Virus record (IMG/VR): IMGVR_UViG_2671180298_000001
Strand: one strand, 5' to 3'
From: a virus
Lineage: Duplodnaviria; Heunggongvirae; Uroviricota; Caudoviricetes
Length of the DNA stretch: 6,295 bases
Shown: positions 1 through 6,295 of the stretch, piece after piece
Position numbering within the stretch: the first letter of the stretch is position 1
Layout of the letters: the number at the start of each line of letters is the position of its first letter
Translations under genes and position numbers: made by a program
The notes under the pieces: generated by a model
What the model saw: only the letters and a program-made list of their open reading frames with translations
The model's database searches: none
What the model was told of the DNA's origin: nothing

Positions 1-1748
1 CGAATACTGATGCCGGAAGCAGCCTTTTTGGTCACAATCACCGTACAGTCGGTGATATTGCCTGCCCCCTGATTGCCTTTCTGGAAAATCTTAAACTCCA
101 GAGTGACGCTTCCCCTGCCACTCGGCATATCAATAACCGCACTGTAACTACCGGGAATGGCCCCTTTAGTTTCTCTGGATGCGATTAATACGCCGTTTTT
201 GCGAACTTCAAAACCATAACCCGTGTATCTTGTACCTCCCGGGTTATTACCACTTCCCGGATCGCTATACGCTATTCCGTTAAAGATAATGGGCGGAATA
301 ATAATCTGGCGGTCAAAGTTATGATCATCGCTGATGGTGACTGTAACCGTACCGTTTGGTGTTTCCGTGTTACCCCACGTACCGACTTTTTTCGGGAAGG
401 CTTTTGATACAGCTTTAACGAAATCCCCTCTGACCTGGGTCGCCTCCAGCATGCCCTTAATCGTACAGTTCTGGTTAATCGTGACATTGTTGAGCGTTCC
501 TGAGTTCGCATTCACACTACCACTGATATCCGCATTTTTAGCGGTCAGCTTTCCGTCTGATGTCAGGGAAAATACCGGAGGACTGCCACCGCTGGTAATG
601 GTGGGGGCCGTCAGGCGTTTCAGGAACACTTCATTCATGAATATCTGATCGCCCTGACCAACAAACATCGGCTTTGTGTTGCCATTCGCAGGATTAATCA
701 TCGCAATCCTGTCTGCTGCCAGCAGCACCTGACTCTGCATGCCGTCAGGGGTGTTCTCAATACCGGCACCGATACCCGCAATATAAAGGCGTCCGTCCTG
801 CATCTGCTGCAGCTTCACTGCCCACATGCTGTTCAGGTTATTATTTGTATCAACCTGAACCTTCTGTATCTGCTGGATTGCCGCACTCTGGTCTTCCAGT
901 TTCTTATTGACGGTCTGTGTTATTTCATTGCTGACATCCGTTATGGACGTCCTGATTTCAGTCAGGTCAGGCGCAAGCTGACCGTTATCAATCTGCGTCC
1001 ACAGCTCCTGAGCCAGATGGGTTTTCCCTATCTCGCCTTTGAAAAAATCCAGATAGCCTGATGCATCATCACTCGGCTGACCGACAGCCTCCACGAATGC
1101 CGATTTGCCAACGGTGTTCACACTGCGAACGTAAAAATAATAATCATGGCCCGGTTTGATATTGATACTGGCGGCTATCCAGTACAGTGCCGTACCAAGA
1201 TAACGCGCGCTGGTTTCAACCTGCCTGATATCCGCAATCCGTTTTTCCGAGAACCAGAACTCAAACTGTACCGTCGGGTCATAAACCGCAAGATGCGGCG
1301 TGGCGGTTATCTGAAAATAGCCCGGCGTCAGCTCAATCCGCGACGGCGCTGCCGGTGCGGCAATCCGGAACGATACCGACGCCGGATCGCCCTGCTGCCC
1401 CCACGCATTTACTGCCCGGACTGTCAGCCTGTAGTTCCCCAGAGCCAGTTGTGTGAAGCGGTAAGTGGTTTCCGTCGTCCGGGCCGTGCTGACCAGCCGC
1501 TCACGGCCGTCATCCGCTGCCACGGTCAGGCGAAGCAGGAAGCTCACGCCCTTCACCACCTTCGGCGTGTCCCAGCGCGCCAGCACCTGGTATTCCCCGC
1601 TGTCTGCGGTGACTTCTGCGGTCAGGTGCTGCACCGCTGGCGGCGTGACACCATTTACCGTGCCGCTCTGGTCGCCGTCAAAGTGCGCCCCGTTATCCAC
1701 GATGGCCTCTTTTTCCGGTAACCGGGGCAAATGATGAGTATCGTCCTG
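1..1748 (-). pseudogene. J: 3' portion (about 582 codons, running past the window start) of a lambda J-type host specificity / central tail fibre gene; no ATG start and no N-terminal half
   Basis: Minus-strand frame translated by hand is open from the codon after the V stop (1748) to position 1 with no stop. It reads ...[133 protein letters not shown]...[25 protein letters not shown]...[14 protein letters not shown], which matches my memory of the fibronectin-III-like middle region and C-terminal part of lambda gpJ. First in-frame ATG is only at 827..825. The ORF track misses it because there is no stop inside the window. Confidence 0.8.
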
Positions 1749-2492
1749 TTAACCTGCGGCGCTGACAGTCACCGCAGCCACAGCCACAAAATTCCCGTCA
1801 GCGGTCATGCCCACAATGCTGACACTGCCCTGCTTCACGCCTTTCACCGTGGCTACAAGCCCGTTCAGGGTCACCGTGGCAGTCTGTGGATCTGACGAAT
1901 GCACACTGATCGCTTTGTCACTGGCTCCGTCAGGTTTTACTGTAAAGGTCAGCGTGGTGGTTGCTCCCACTTTTACACTGGCAGATGCCGGTGCCACCGT
2001 CAGCCCGGTAACGCTCACTGTTTCAGTGCCTTCCTCTGCCAGATACGGACGCCCCACACCGCTGATTTTCACAGTGCGGGTCATCACGTCTTTTGAGGCA
2101 ATGGTTTTACCCAGTGAACTCAGCCAGCCACGGAAAACATCAACAGTGCCGTTGGGATATTTGATACGAAACGCGCAGACTTCACCGGAGTCGAACAACT
2201 GAACCAGTTTTTTCTGCCCGCTGTCACCCGGACGCCAGGCCAGCGTCGCCGAAGTATCACCGACTGATTTCTGCCCCTGGGTTGTCGTTTTCCAGTCTGC
2301 ATCTTCATCATCGAGATAAGTGTCATCTTCTGCATCAGCGGTCATTTCGCCAGGTTGTAGATCCTTCACCATCGCAAGACGCAACCAGTCAGTGTCCGAC
2401 AAAGGGTTCGCAAACGCATCGCCGTTGCCGGTATACATCCAGAACGTCGTTCCCGCACCTTTCGTTTTTGCCAGTGGATTTGGTGTGGTCAT
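1749..2492 (-). CDS. V: major tail tube protein, lambda gpV-like, with C-terminal Ig-like (Big_2) domain; 247 aa
   Basis: Protein MTTPNPLAKTKGAGTTFWMYTGNGDAFANPLSDTDW...YPNGTVDVFRGW... aligns along its length with remembered lambda gpV (246 aa). Start chosen at ATG 2492..2490, preceded by AAGGAGGTG with about 5 nt spacing; the track ORF (2567) begins 25 codons upstream inside the U gene. Stop TAA 1751..1749. Confidence 0.9.
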   Translation of the reverse strand: MTTPNPLAKTKGAGTTFWMYTGNGDAFANPLSDTDWLRLAMVKDLQPGEMTADAEDDTYLDDEDADWKTTTQGQKSVGDTSATLAWRPGDSGQKKLVQLFDSGEVCAFRIKYPNGTVDVFRGWLSSLGKTIASKDVMTRTVKISGVGRPYLAEEGTETVSVTGLTVAPASASVKVGATTTLTFTVKPDGASDKAISVHSSDPQTATVTLNGLVATVKGVKQGSVSIVGMTADGNFVAVAAVTVSAAG

Positions 2493-2502
2493 TACCACCT
2501 CC

Positions 2503-2916
2503 TTAATTCGTGTACGTGATCTGGTACGTGATTTCCGCCATCGCCCAGGTGGCCATCTCATTATCACGTTGATAGTTAAAACCGAGTGGGATCAGGGTGT
2601 CGATGAGTCCGGAAAGTGCCGGTACATCATTCAGGGCCGGGAAAATGGTGCTCTCCATCCACATATCCAGCTCTGAATCCGGTGCCTGTGCCCGGATGAA
2701 GACAGCAATATGCAGAACAGCCTGCCAGTCATCTTCATCCGTCATTTTTCCGGTGTACTGAGCATCACTCAGCCACACCGCCACGGCAGGCAGTTCCTGC
2801 GCATCAACAAATGCCGGAAGCCCGTCAAAAAACGTGGCGCTGTCTCCACACTGTTCCCGAAGGCGTGCCAGTACGACCTGGCGGATTTGTGTATGTCGAT
2901 TCATCGGGTCAGCCAT
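2503..2916 (-). CDS. U: tail terminator protein, lambda gpU-like (alternative start at 2904 would give 133 aa)
   Basis: ...ATFFDGLPAFVDAQELPAVAVWLSDAQYTG...APDSELDMWMESTIFPALNDVPALSGLIDT...ITYQITY matches remembered lambda gpU (ATFFDGRPAVFDE...PAVAVYLTGAEYTG...PDSELDAWMESRIYP...LTYVITYEM). ATG 2904..2902 overlaps the Z stop as ATGA, as in lambda Z/U; ATG 2916..2914 has GAGG only 2 nt upstream. Start uncertain between the two. Confidence 0.85.
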   Translation of the reverse strand: MADPMNRHTQIRQVVLARLREQCGDSATFFDGLPAFVDAQELPAVAVWLSDAQYTGKMTDEDDWQAVLHIAVFIRAQAPDSELDMWMESTIFPALNDVPALSGLIDTLIPLGFNYQRDNEMATWAMAEITYQITYTN

Positions 2917-3479
2917 AACCTCAGTTGTTGTTTCAGTGCATACCCCAGCTGTTTCGGCATTTCCGCAGCAATGATGCGGTCGCGGGCATCTTCAAATGCC
3001 TGTGTCAGCGGTCCGGACAGAGGGATTTTCACCACATCAATGGGGTAACGATTTTTGCCATCAATACGCCGCATCACATGCCAGCGACCATTCGCCAGTT
3101 GCTGAATAAACGCATCCCGGAAAAGATATTTACCCACCTTCAGCACGCTGCCACGGTACTGCAGTTTTCCACCACGCCGGGTCAGTCTGACCCGGGCGGT
3201 CCCCAGCTTAATGGCAGGCAGATTGCCCCGGTTAACGCGGATCCTGGCCGTCATTTTTCCTGACGGACTGGCTTTAAACACCCGGACACGCTGACGTACC
3301 AGTTTCAGGGGTATCCCTTTCACCTGGTTATCTCCCGCAACGGTATTCCCGGCAACCTGCCGGGTGGCAACCGAGACCGCTTTCTGTGCCACACGGTTTA
3401 TCGCCCATGCGCTGGCCTGTGGCACCATACGGGTATCAAGGCTGTTCAGATTGCGGATGGCATTCTCAAGCCCCTTCAT
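2901..3479 (-). CDS. Z: minor tail protein, lambda gpZ-like (tail completion); 192 aa
   Basis: 192 aa, the same length as lambda gpZ, basic protein, located between the FII-like and U-like genes exactly as in lambda. SD-like AGAGGTG about 5 nt upstream of ATG 3479..3477. Assignment is by position and size more than by remembered sequence. Confidence 0.75.
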   Translation of the reverse strand: MKGLENAIRNLNSLDTRMVPQASAWAINRVAQKAVSVATRQVAGNTVAGDNQVKGIPLKLVRQRVRVFKASPSGKMTARIRVNRGNLPAIKLGTARVRLTRRGGKLQYRGSVLKVGKYLFRDAFIQQLANGRWHVMRRIDGKNRYPIDVVKIPLSGPLTQAFEDARDRIIAAEMPKQLGYALKQQLRLWLTR

Positions 3480-3490
3480 CCCACACCTCT

Positions 3491-3766
3491 TTACTCAATA
3501 AAGATCATTGGCTTACCGTTAAAGCGTTCATGCCGTGTGACCGTCCAATGTTGTCCGTCATAAACAACGCGATCCCCGCGCCGTGGGCGGTATCCCGAAG
3601 AAAACACCACCAGAGAGACCGCAGGTCCGGACAAAGCATTCAGCTCTGCCAGTGTTTCTCCCGGGATCACAGTCATATCGACATCATTAATCGAGGCTGT
3701 CTTTCCCATCTTTCTGACCGTGATCGCATCCATACGCGCTGCCAGCCGGGAAAAGGGATCAGACAT
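3491..3766 (-). CDS. head-tail joining protein, lambda gpFII-like; 91 aa
   Basis: N-terminus MSDPFSRLAARMDAITVRKMGKTASI resembles lambda gpFII MADFDNLFDAAIARADETIRGYMGTSATI, and it sits directly upstream of Z. Start ATG 3766..3764 overlaps the stop of the preceding gene by 8 nt (translational coupling); no separate SD. Confidence 0.65.
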   Translation of the reverse strand: MSDPFSRLAARMDAITVRKMGKTASINDVDMTVIPGETLAELNALSGPAVSLVVFSSGYRPRRGDRVVYDGQHWTVTRHERFNGKPMIFIE

Positions 3767-4082
3767 TGAGTTTTACCGGCACTTCTTCTGCACTGGTTCC
3801 GGCATCTGCCCAGACAACCCCGACCAGCGGATCAGAGCCGCTGTTAGTCAGCTGAACTTTTCCGGACTTCAGATAAACCTTCTTACCCGTTTTCATGTCA
3901 TCCGTTTTCAGCTTAGGCAGCATAAACACACCTTCGGTCAGGCCGTCGCCTGTTTCACCCTGTGGAATATCGGTCAGCGCCACCGCAAAAACATCACCCA
4001 CCTGCACCAGGTCTCCGCTGCTGATGGCTGCACTGGCAACAATCGCCACCGTTTTTCCTTCTTCTACAAAATTCTTTGCCAT
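3759..4082 (-). CDS. small acidic phage head protein of the DUF2190 type (family often mislabelled as RecA/RadA recombinase in prophage annotations); 107 aa
   Basis: Protein MAKNFVEEGKTVAIVASAAISSGDLVQVGDVFAVALTDIPQGETGDGLTEGVFMLPK... Sits in the position lambda uses for D/FI, between capsid and FII. Start placed at ATG 4082..4080 with GGAG 6 nt upstream; the track start at 4127 lies inside the terminator hairpin region and is rejected. Confidence 0.6.
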   Translation of the reverse strand: MAKNFVEEGKTVAIVASAAISSGDLVQVGDVFAVALTDIPQGETGDGLTEGVFMLPKLKTDDMKTGKKVYLKSGKVQLTNSGSDPLVGVVWADAGTSAEEVPVKLNV

Positions 4083-4095
4083 AACTGTCTCCGCA

Positions 4096-4114
4096 CAGCC
4101 CCGTTCAGGGGCTG
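4096..4114 (-). other. perfect 7-bp GC-rich stem-loop (CAGCCCC-UGAAC-GGGGCUG on the transcript) ending 2 nt before the SD of the DUF2190 gene
   Basis: Plus strand 4096-4102 cagcccc and 4108-4114 ggggctg are exact reverse complements separated by 5 nt. No U-run follows in the transcript, so not an intrinsic terminator. Confidence 0.5.
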
Positions 4115-4125
4115 ATTTCAGGTAC

Positions 4126-4145
4126 AAAAAAAGCCCTTACGGGCC
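4126..4145 (-). terminator. candidate rho-independent terminator (probably partial) about 24 nt after the capsid stop
   Basis: Minus-strand transcript reads GGCCC-GUAA-GGGC followed by UUUUUUU (plus strand caaaaaaagcccttacgggcc). The stem is only 4-5 bp, so likely weak or attenuating. Confidence 0.4.
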
Positions 4146-4168
4146 ATCAGAGTTGTTGTCTGCGACGT

Positions 4169-6127
4169 TTACGCCGTACATTTCACCAGACCGCGGTGAT
4201 CAACTGGCGCGACACCGGCGTCAATACGCACTTTCGTTGTCACGCCATCCACACTGAAGCCCTCCATCTGATCAATATATGGCGTATCCACACCGTTGAG
4301 ATAAGCCACTTCAATCGTATCGGAGCCTTTTGACGCAGCCAGGTAGAAGGTGGTCTGGCTGTTATCATCAAGACGGGGCTCTGCAATAACGGTCGCAAAA
4401 TCTTTCACCGGGTTAATAATACCGGCGTTAATGTCAGCCCCCTTGACACTTGAGGAGCGAATGACCTGGTTAGCAACAGACTCCATCGCCGTCGGTACCA
4501 GTACGAACGCAGGACGAATATTCAGATGACGCTCCCCCTCTTTCTGAACGCGCATCAACTGGCGGGCTTTATCCAGCGATGCCACGTCCATTGCAGCGCT
4601 CTCCAGTACGTTTGCATGTTTCGCTTTATCGAACAGACTTACATTATCTGTGGAGATTTTCGGGTTAGACGTCAGAATGGCATAAACCAGATCGGCAATA
4701 GTGGATTTCGCCGCACGGCCCAGTTTCATCGGGACATCGGTCAGCATATTCAGATCATCATTGATAATGGCCTGACGGGTGATACTGAACAGCTCGCCAT
4801 AGGTCGCCAGTGCAATAGTGGCCTGTTTATCTCCGGTGGTGACGTATTTATATTCCGCCCCTTCACGCACCTGACGCAGAGCACTGAAGCCCCCCATACC
4901 CACACGATGGGCAATTTTAAAATCAGACAACTGACCTTTCCGCGTCCACTGTTCATAGGTTTCAGGGGCATCTTCCCAGCCCTGCAGAATGGCTTTGTTC
5001 GCAACATCCAGCAGAATATTACCGAAGTCAGACGTACTGTGTGTGAACGCCGCACCGACCATCTGCATCGGGTTATAACTGGAAACCCCAATACCCCGTT
5101 CAGTCAGTGACATACGGGCATATTCACGCAGGGTCATCCCGTTGTAGACATTATCACGTTCGGTTTTTTCAAATCCGGCACGCGCCATCAGCGCCTGGCG
5201 GATCCCGTCCCCCACAAAATTACCGTTTCCGGCATAAATATGAGCCGGGGTATTTTTATTGGATGGCGTGGACTCGCGCCCCATCTCGTTCAACAGCTTT
5301 TCGCGGGCCTGCTCCAGCGAACATTCAGGATCGGCAAGACACTGAGCCTGCAGCGTCTGATAACGCCCGCCAAACATGGCAAACAGATCATTAATACCGT
5401 TTACACGCGCTTTTTGCTCTGCCAGTACCTGCGCACGGATACTGTTTTCATCCACCACGGGTGCTGCTGCCTGCACTGGCGTCCGGGAGGCTGCAGGTTC
5501 ATCATCCTGTACGCGTGGAGCACTGTTGCGTGGCGGAGTAATCATGTTTCGAATGGATTCCGGCATCTTTTTAAATTCCTCTGTACGTTTTGACTGAATA
5601 CATGCCATTGCCTTAACGGCTGGCGTCACCTGATCAGCAAATCCCTGTGCCAGACATTCGGCACCGGACATCCAGGTCTCATCCGCCAGCATGGCAGCAA
5701 TTTCATCGGTGGTTTTCCCGGTTTTCTGTGCATAAGCGGGTAACAGAACCGCCTCAACCTTATCGAGCAGGTCGGCATAGGTGCGCATGTCCTCCGCATC
5801 ACCGCCCGTAAAGCCAAATGGTTTATGAATCATCATGAAGGTGTTTTCCGGCATAATGACCGGGTTTCCCACCATCGCAATGACCGACGCCATTGACGCC
5901 GCCACACCGTCGACATAAACGGTAATGGACGCACCATGTGTTTTCAGCGCATTAAAAATGGCGATGCCTTCAAAGACATCGCCACCCGGTGAATTAATAT
6001 GGAGATTAATGTGGGTGATATCGCCCAGTGCATTCAGATCACTGATAAACTGCTTCGCTGTAACACCCCAGAAACCAATCTCGTCATAAATATAAATATC
6101 CGCGTCACTCTGGTGACCAGCCTGCAT
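4169..6127 (-). CDS. prohead protease (ClpP / S14 family) fused via a scaffold-like linker to an HK97-fold major capsid protein; 652 aa from the chosen start
   Basis: N-terminal part has ClpP hallmarks: IYIYDEIG...INSPGGDV...VDGVAASMASVIAMVG (serine motif, Ser codon 5896..5894) and MMIHKPFGF (histidine, codon 5827..5825). Middle is a low-complexity, helix-prone linker (ENSIRAQVLAEQKARVNG...LEQAREKLLNEMG). C-terminal ~330 aa look like a phage major capsid protein. Start set at ATG 6127..6125 (MQAGHQSDADIYIYDE), 13 nt after the stop of the upstream gene; the track start at 6292 would overlap that gene. Confidence 0.85.
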   Translation of the reverse strand: MQAGHQSDADIYIYDEIGFWGVTAKQFISDLNALGDITHINLHINSPGGDVFEGIAIFNALKTHGASITVYVDGVAASMASVIAMVGNPVIMPENTFMMIHKPFGFTGGDAEDMRTYADLLDKVEAVLLPAYAQKTGKTTDEIAAMLADETWMSGAECLAQGFADQVTPAVKAMACIQSKRTEEFKKMPESIRNMITPPRNSAPRVQDDEPAASRTPVQAAAPVVDENSIRAQVLAEQKARVNGINDLFAMFGGRYQTLQAQCLADPECSLEQAREKLLNEMGRESTPSNKNTPAHIYAGNGNFVGDGIRQALMARAGFEKTERDNVYNGMTLREYARMSLTERGIGVSSYNPMQMVGAAFTHSTSDFGNILLDVANKAILQGWEDAPETYEQWTRKGQLSDFKIAHRVGMGGFSALRQVREGAEYKYVTTGDKQATIALATYGELFSITRQAIINDDLNMLTDVPMKLGRAAKSTIADLVYAILTSNPKISTDNVSLFDKAKHANVLESAAMDVASLDKARQLMRVQKEGERHLNIRPAFVLVPTAMESVANQVIRSSSVKGADINAGIINPVKDFATVIAEPRLDDNSQTTFYLAASKGSDTIEVAYLNGVDTPYIDQMEGFSVDGVTTKVRIDAGVAPVDHRGLVKCTA

Positions 6128-6140
6128 CCTGAACCAGGAA

Positions 6141-6295
6141 TTATTCTTCGGACTGGTCGTCGGTGTGCTGCGGCTCCTGTCGTTTCGTTGCGGCACTGCT
6201 GCCTCCTTTATCACTGGCCGGATCGGTATCAAATACCAGATCCAGCTTGCGGTTTTCATCAATTTCGGCCTTGCGCTGAGAGATCCCCTCATAAT
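6141..6295 (-). CDS. 3' end of upstream gene, probably the portal protein (partial, continues beyond window end)
   Basis: A different minus frame is open from the window edge to TAA at 6143..6141 and reads ...YEGISQRKAEIDENRKLDLVFDTDPASDKGGSSAATKRQEPQHTDDQSEE*, a hydrophilic acidic tail typical of a real C-terminus. The third frame has a stop at 6291..6289. Portal identity is inferred from the conserved portal-protease-capsid gene order only. Confidence 0.5.
   Translation of the reverse strand, partial: YEGISQRKAEIDENRKLDLVFDTDPASDKGGSSAATKRQEPQHTDDQSEE

Noticed and set aside
272-648. ORFs 272..511 (-) and 334..648 (+)
   Set aside because: Overlap the J reading frame, which is continuous and homologous to gpJ; these are alternative-frame and antisense artefacts.
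1146-1721. 191-aa plus-strand ORF, arginine-rich (also the overlapping 1465..1734 ORF)
   Set aside because: Lies antisense to the J coding frame, which translates into clearly recognisable protein sequence; composition (many R, C, P) is typical of antisense reading of a GC-rich gene.
1711-1730. Small palindrome CCGG-TAA-CCGG near the V/J junction
   Set aside because: Only a 4-bp stem and not followed by a U-run on the coding strand; too weak to call a terminator or recombination site.
1807-3263. Plus-strand ORFs 1807..2202, 1899..2096, 2282..2506, 2320..2676, 2710..3048, 2925..3263 and minus ORF 2120..2335
   Set aside because: All overlap the V, U and Z genes, which have strong homology and good ribosome binding sites; these are antisense or out-of-frame artefacts.
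3386-4257. Plus-strand ORFs 3386..3769, 3720..4115, 3895..4257
   Set aside because: Antisense to the FII-like and DUF2190 genes and to the hairpin region; low-complexity Cys/His/Arg-rich translations, no SD sequences.
4526-5817. ORFs 4526..5110 (+), 4750..5091 (-), 5107..5394 (+), 5240..5593 (+), 5376..5597 (+), 5626..5817 (-)
   Set aside because: All nested inside the protease-capsid gene, antisense or in alternative frames; the long minus-strand frame has coherent ClpP and capsid motifs, so these are shadow ORFs.
6128-6292. Upstream extension of the protease-capsid ORF to the ATG at 6292
   Set aside because: Extension has non-protein-like composition and overlaps a better candidate frame that ends at 6141; the ClpP domain starts just after ATG 6127.
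1-6295. Search for a lambda-style G/G-T frameshift site, tape measure gene, tRNA, CRISPR repeats, IS inverted repeats, integrase or att sites
   Set aside because: None seen. The G-T-H region is simply absent, no regularly spaced direct repeats occur, and all sequence is accounted for by the structural genes listed.

Overview
The whole window is the late (virion morphogenesis) region of a lambda-like siphovirus prophage, with every gene on the minus strand. Reading 5'->3' on the minus strand (high to low coordinates): the 3' end of a probable portal gene, a ClpP-family protease fused to an HK97-fold major capsid protein, a small DUF2190-type head protein, an FII-like head-tail joining protein, gpZ-like, gpU-like tail terminator, gpV-like major tail tube protein, and then immediately the 3' half of a J-type central tail fibre gene. 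The genes that normally sit between V and the middle of J (G, T, tape measure H, M, L, K, I and the J 5' half) are absent, so this looks like a tail-deleted, defective prophage. I found no tRNA/rRNA, CRISPR array, IS element or defence-system-like gene; the plus-strand ORFs in the track are antisense artefacts. All homology statements rest on my own translation and on remembered lambda protein sequences, not on a database search.
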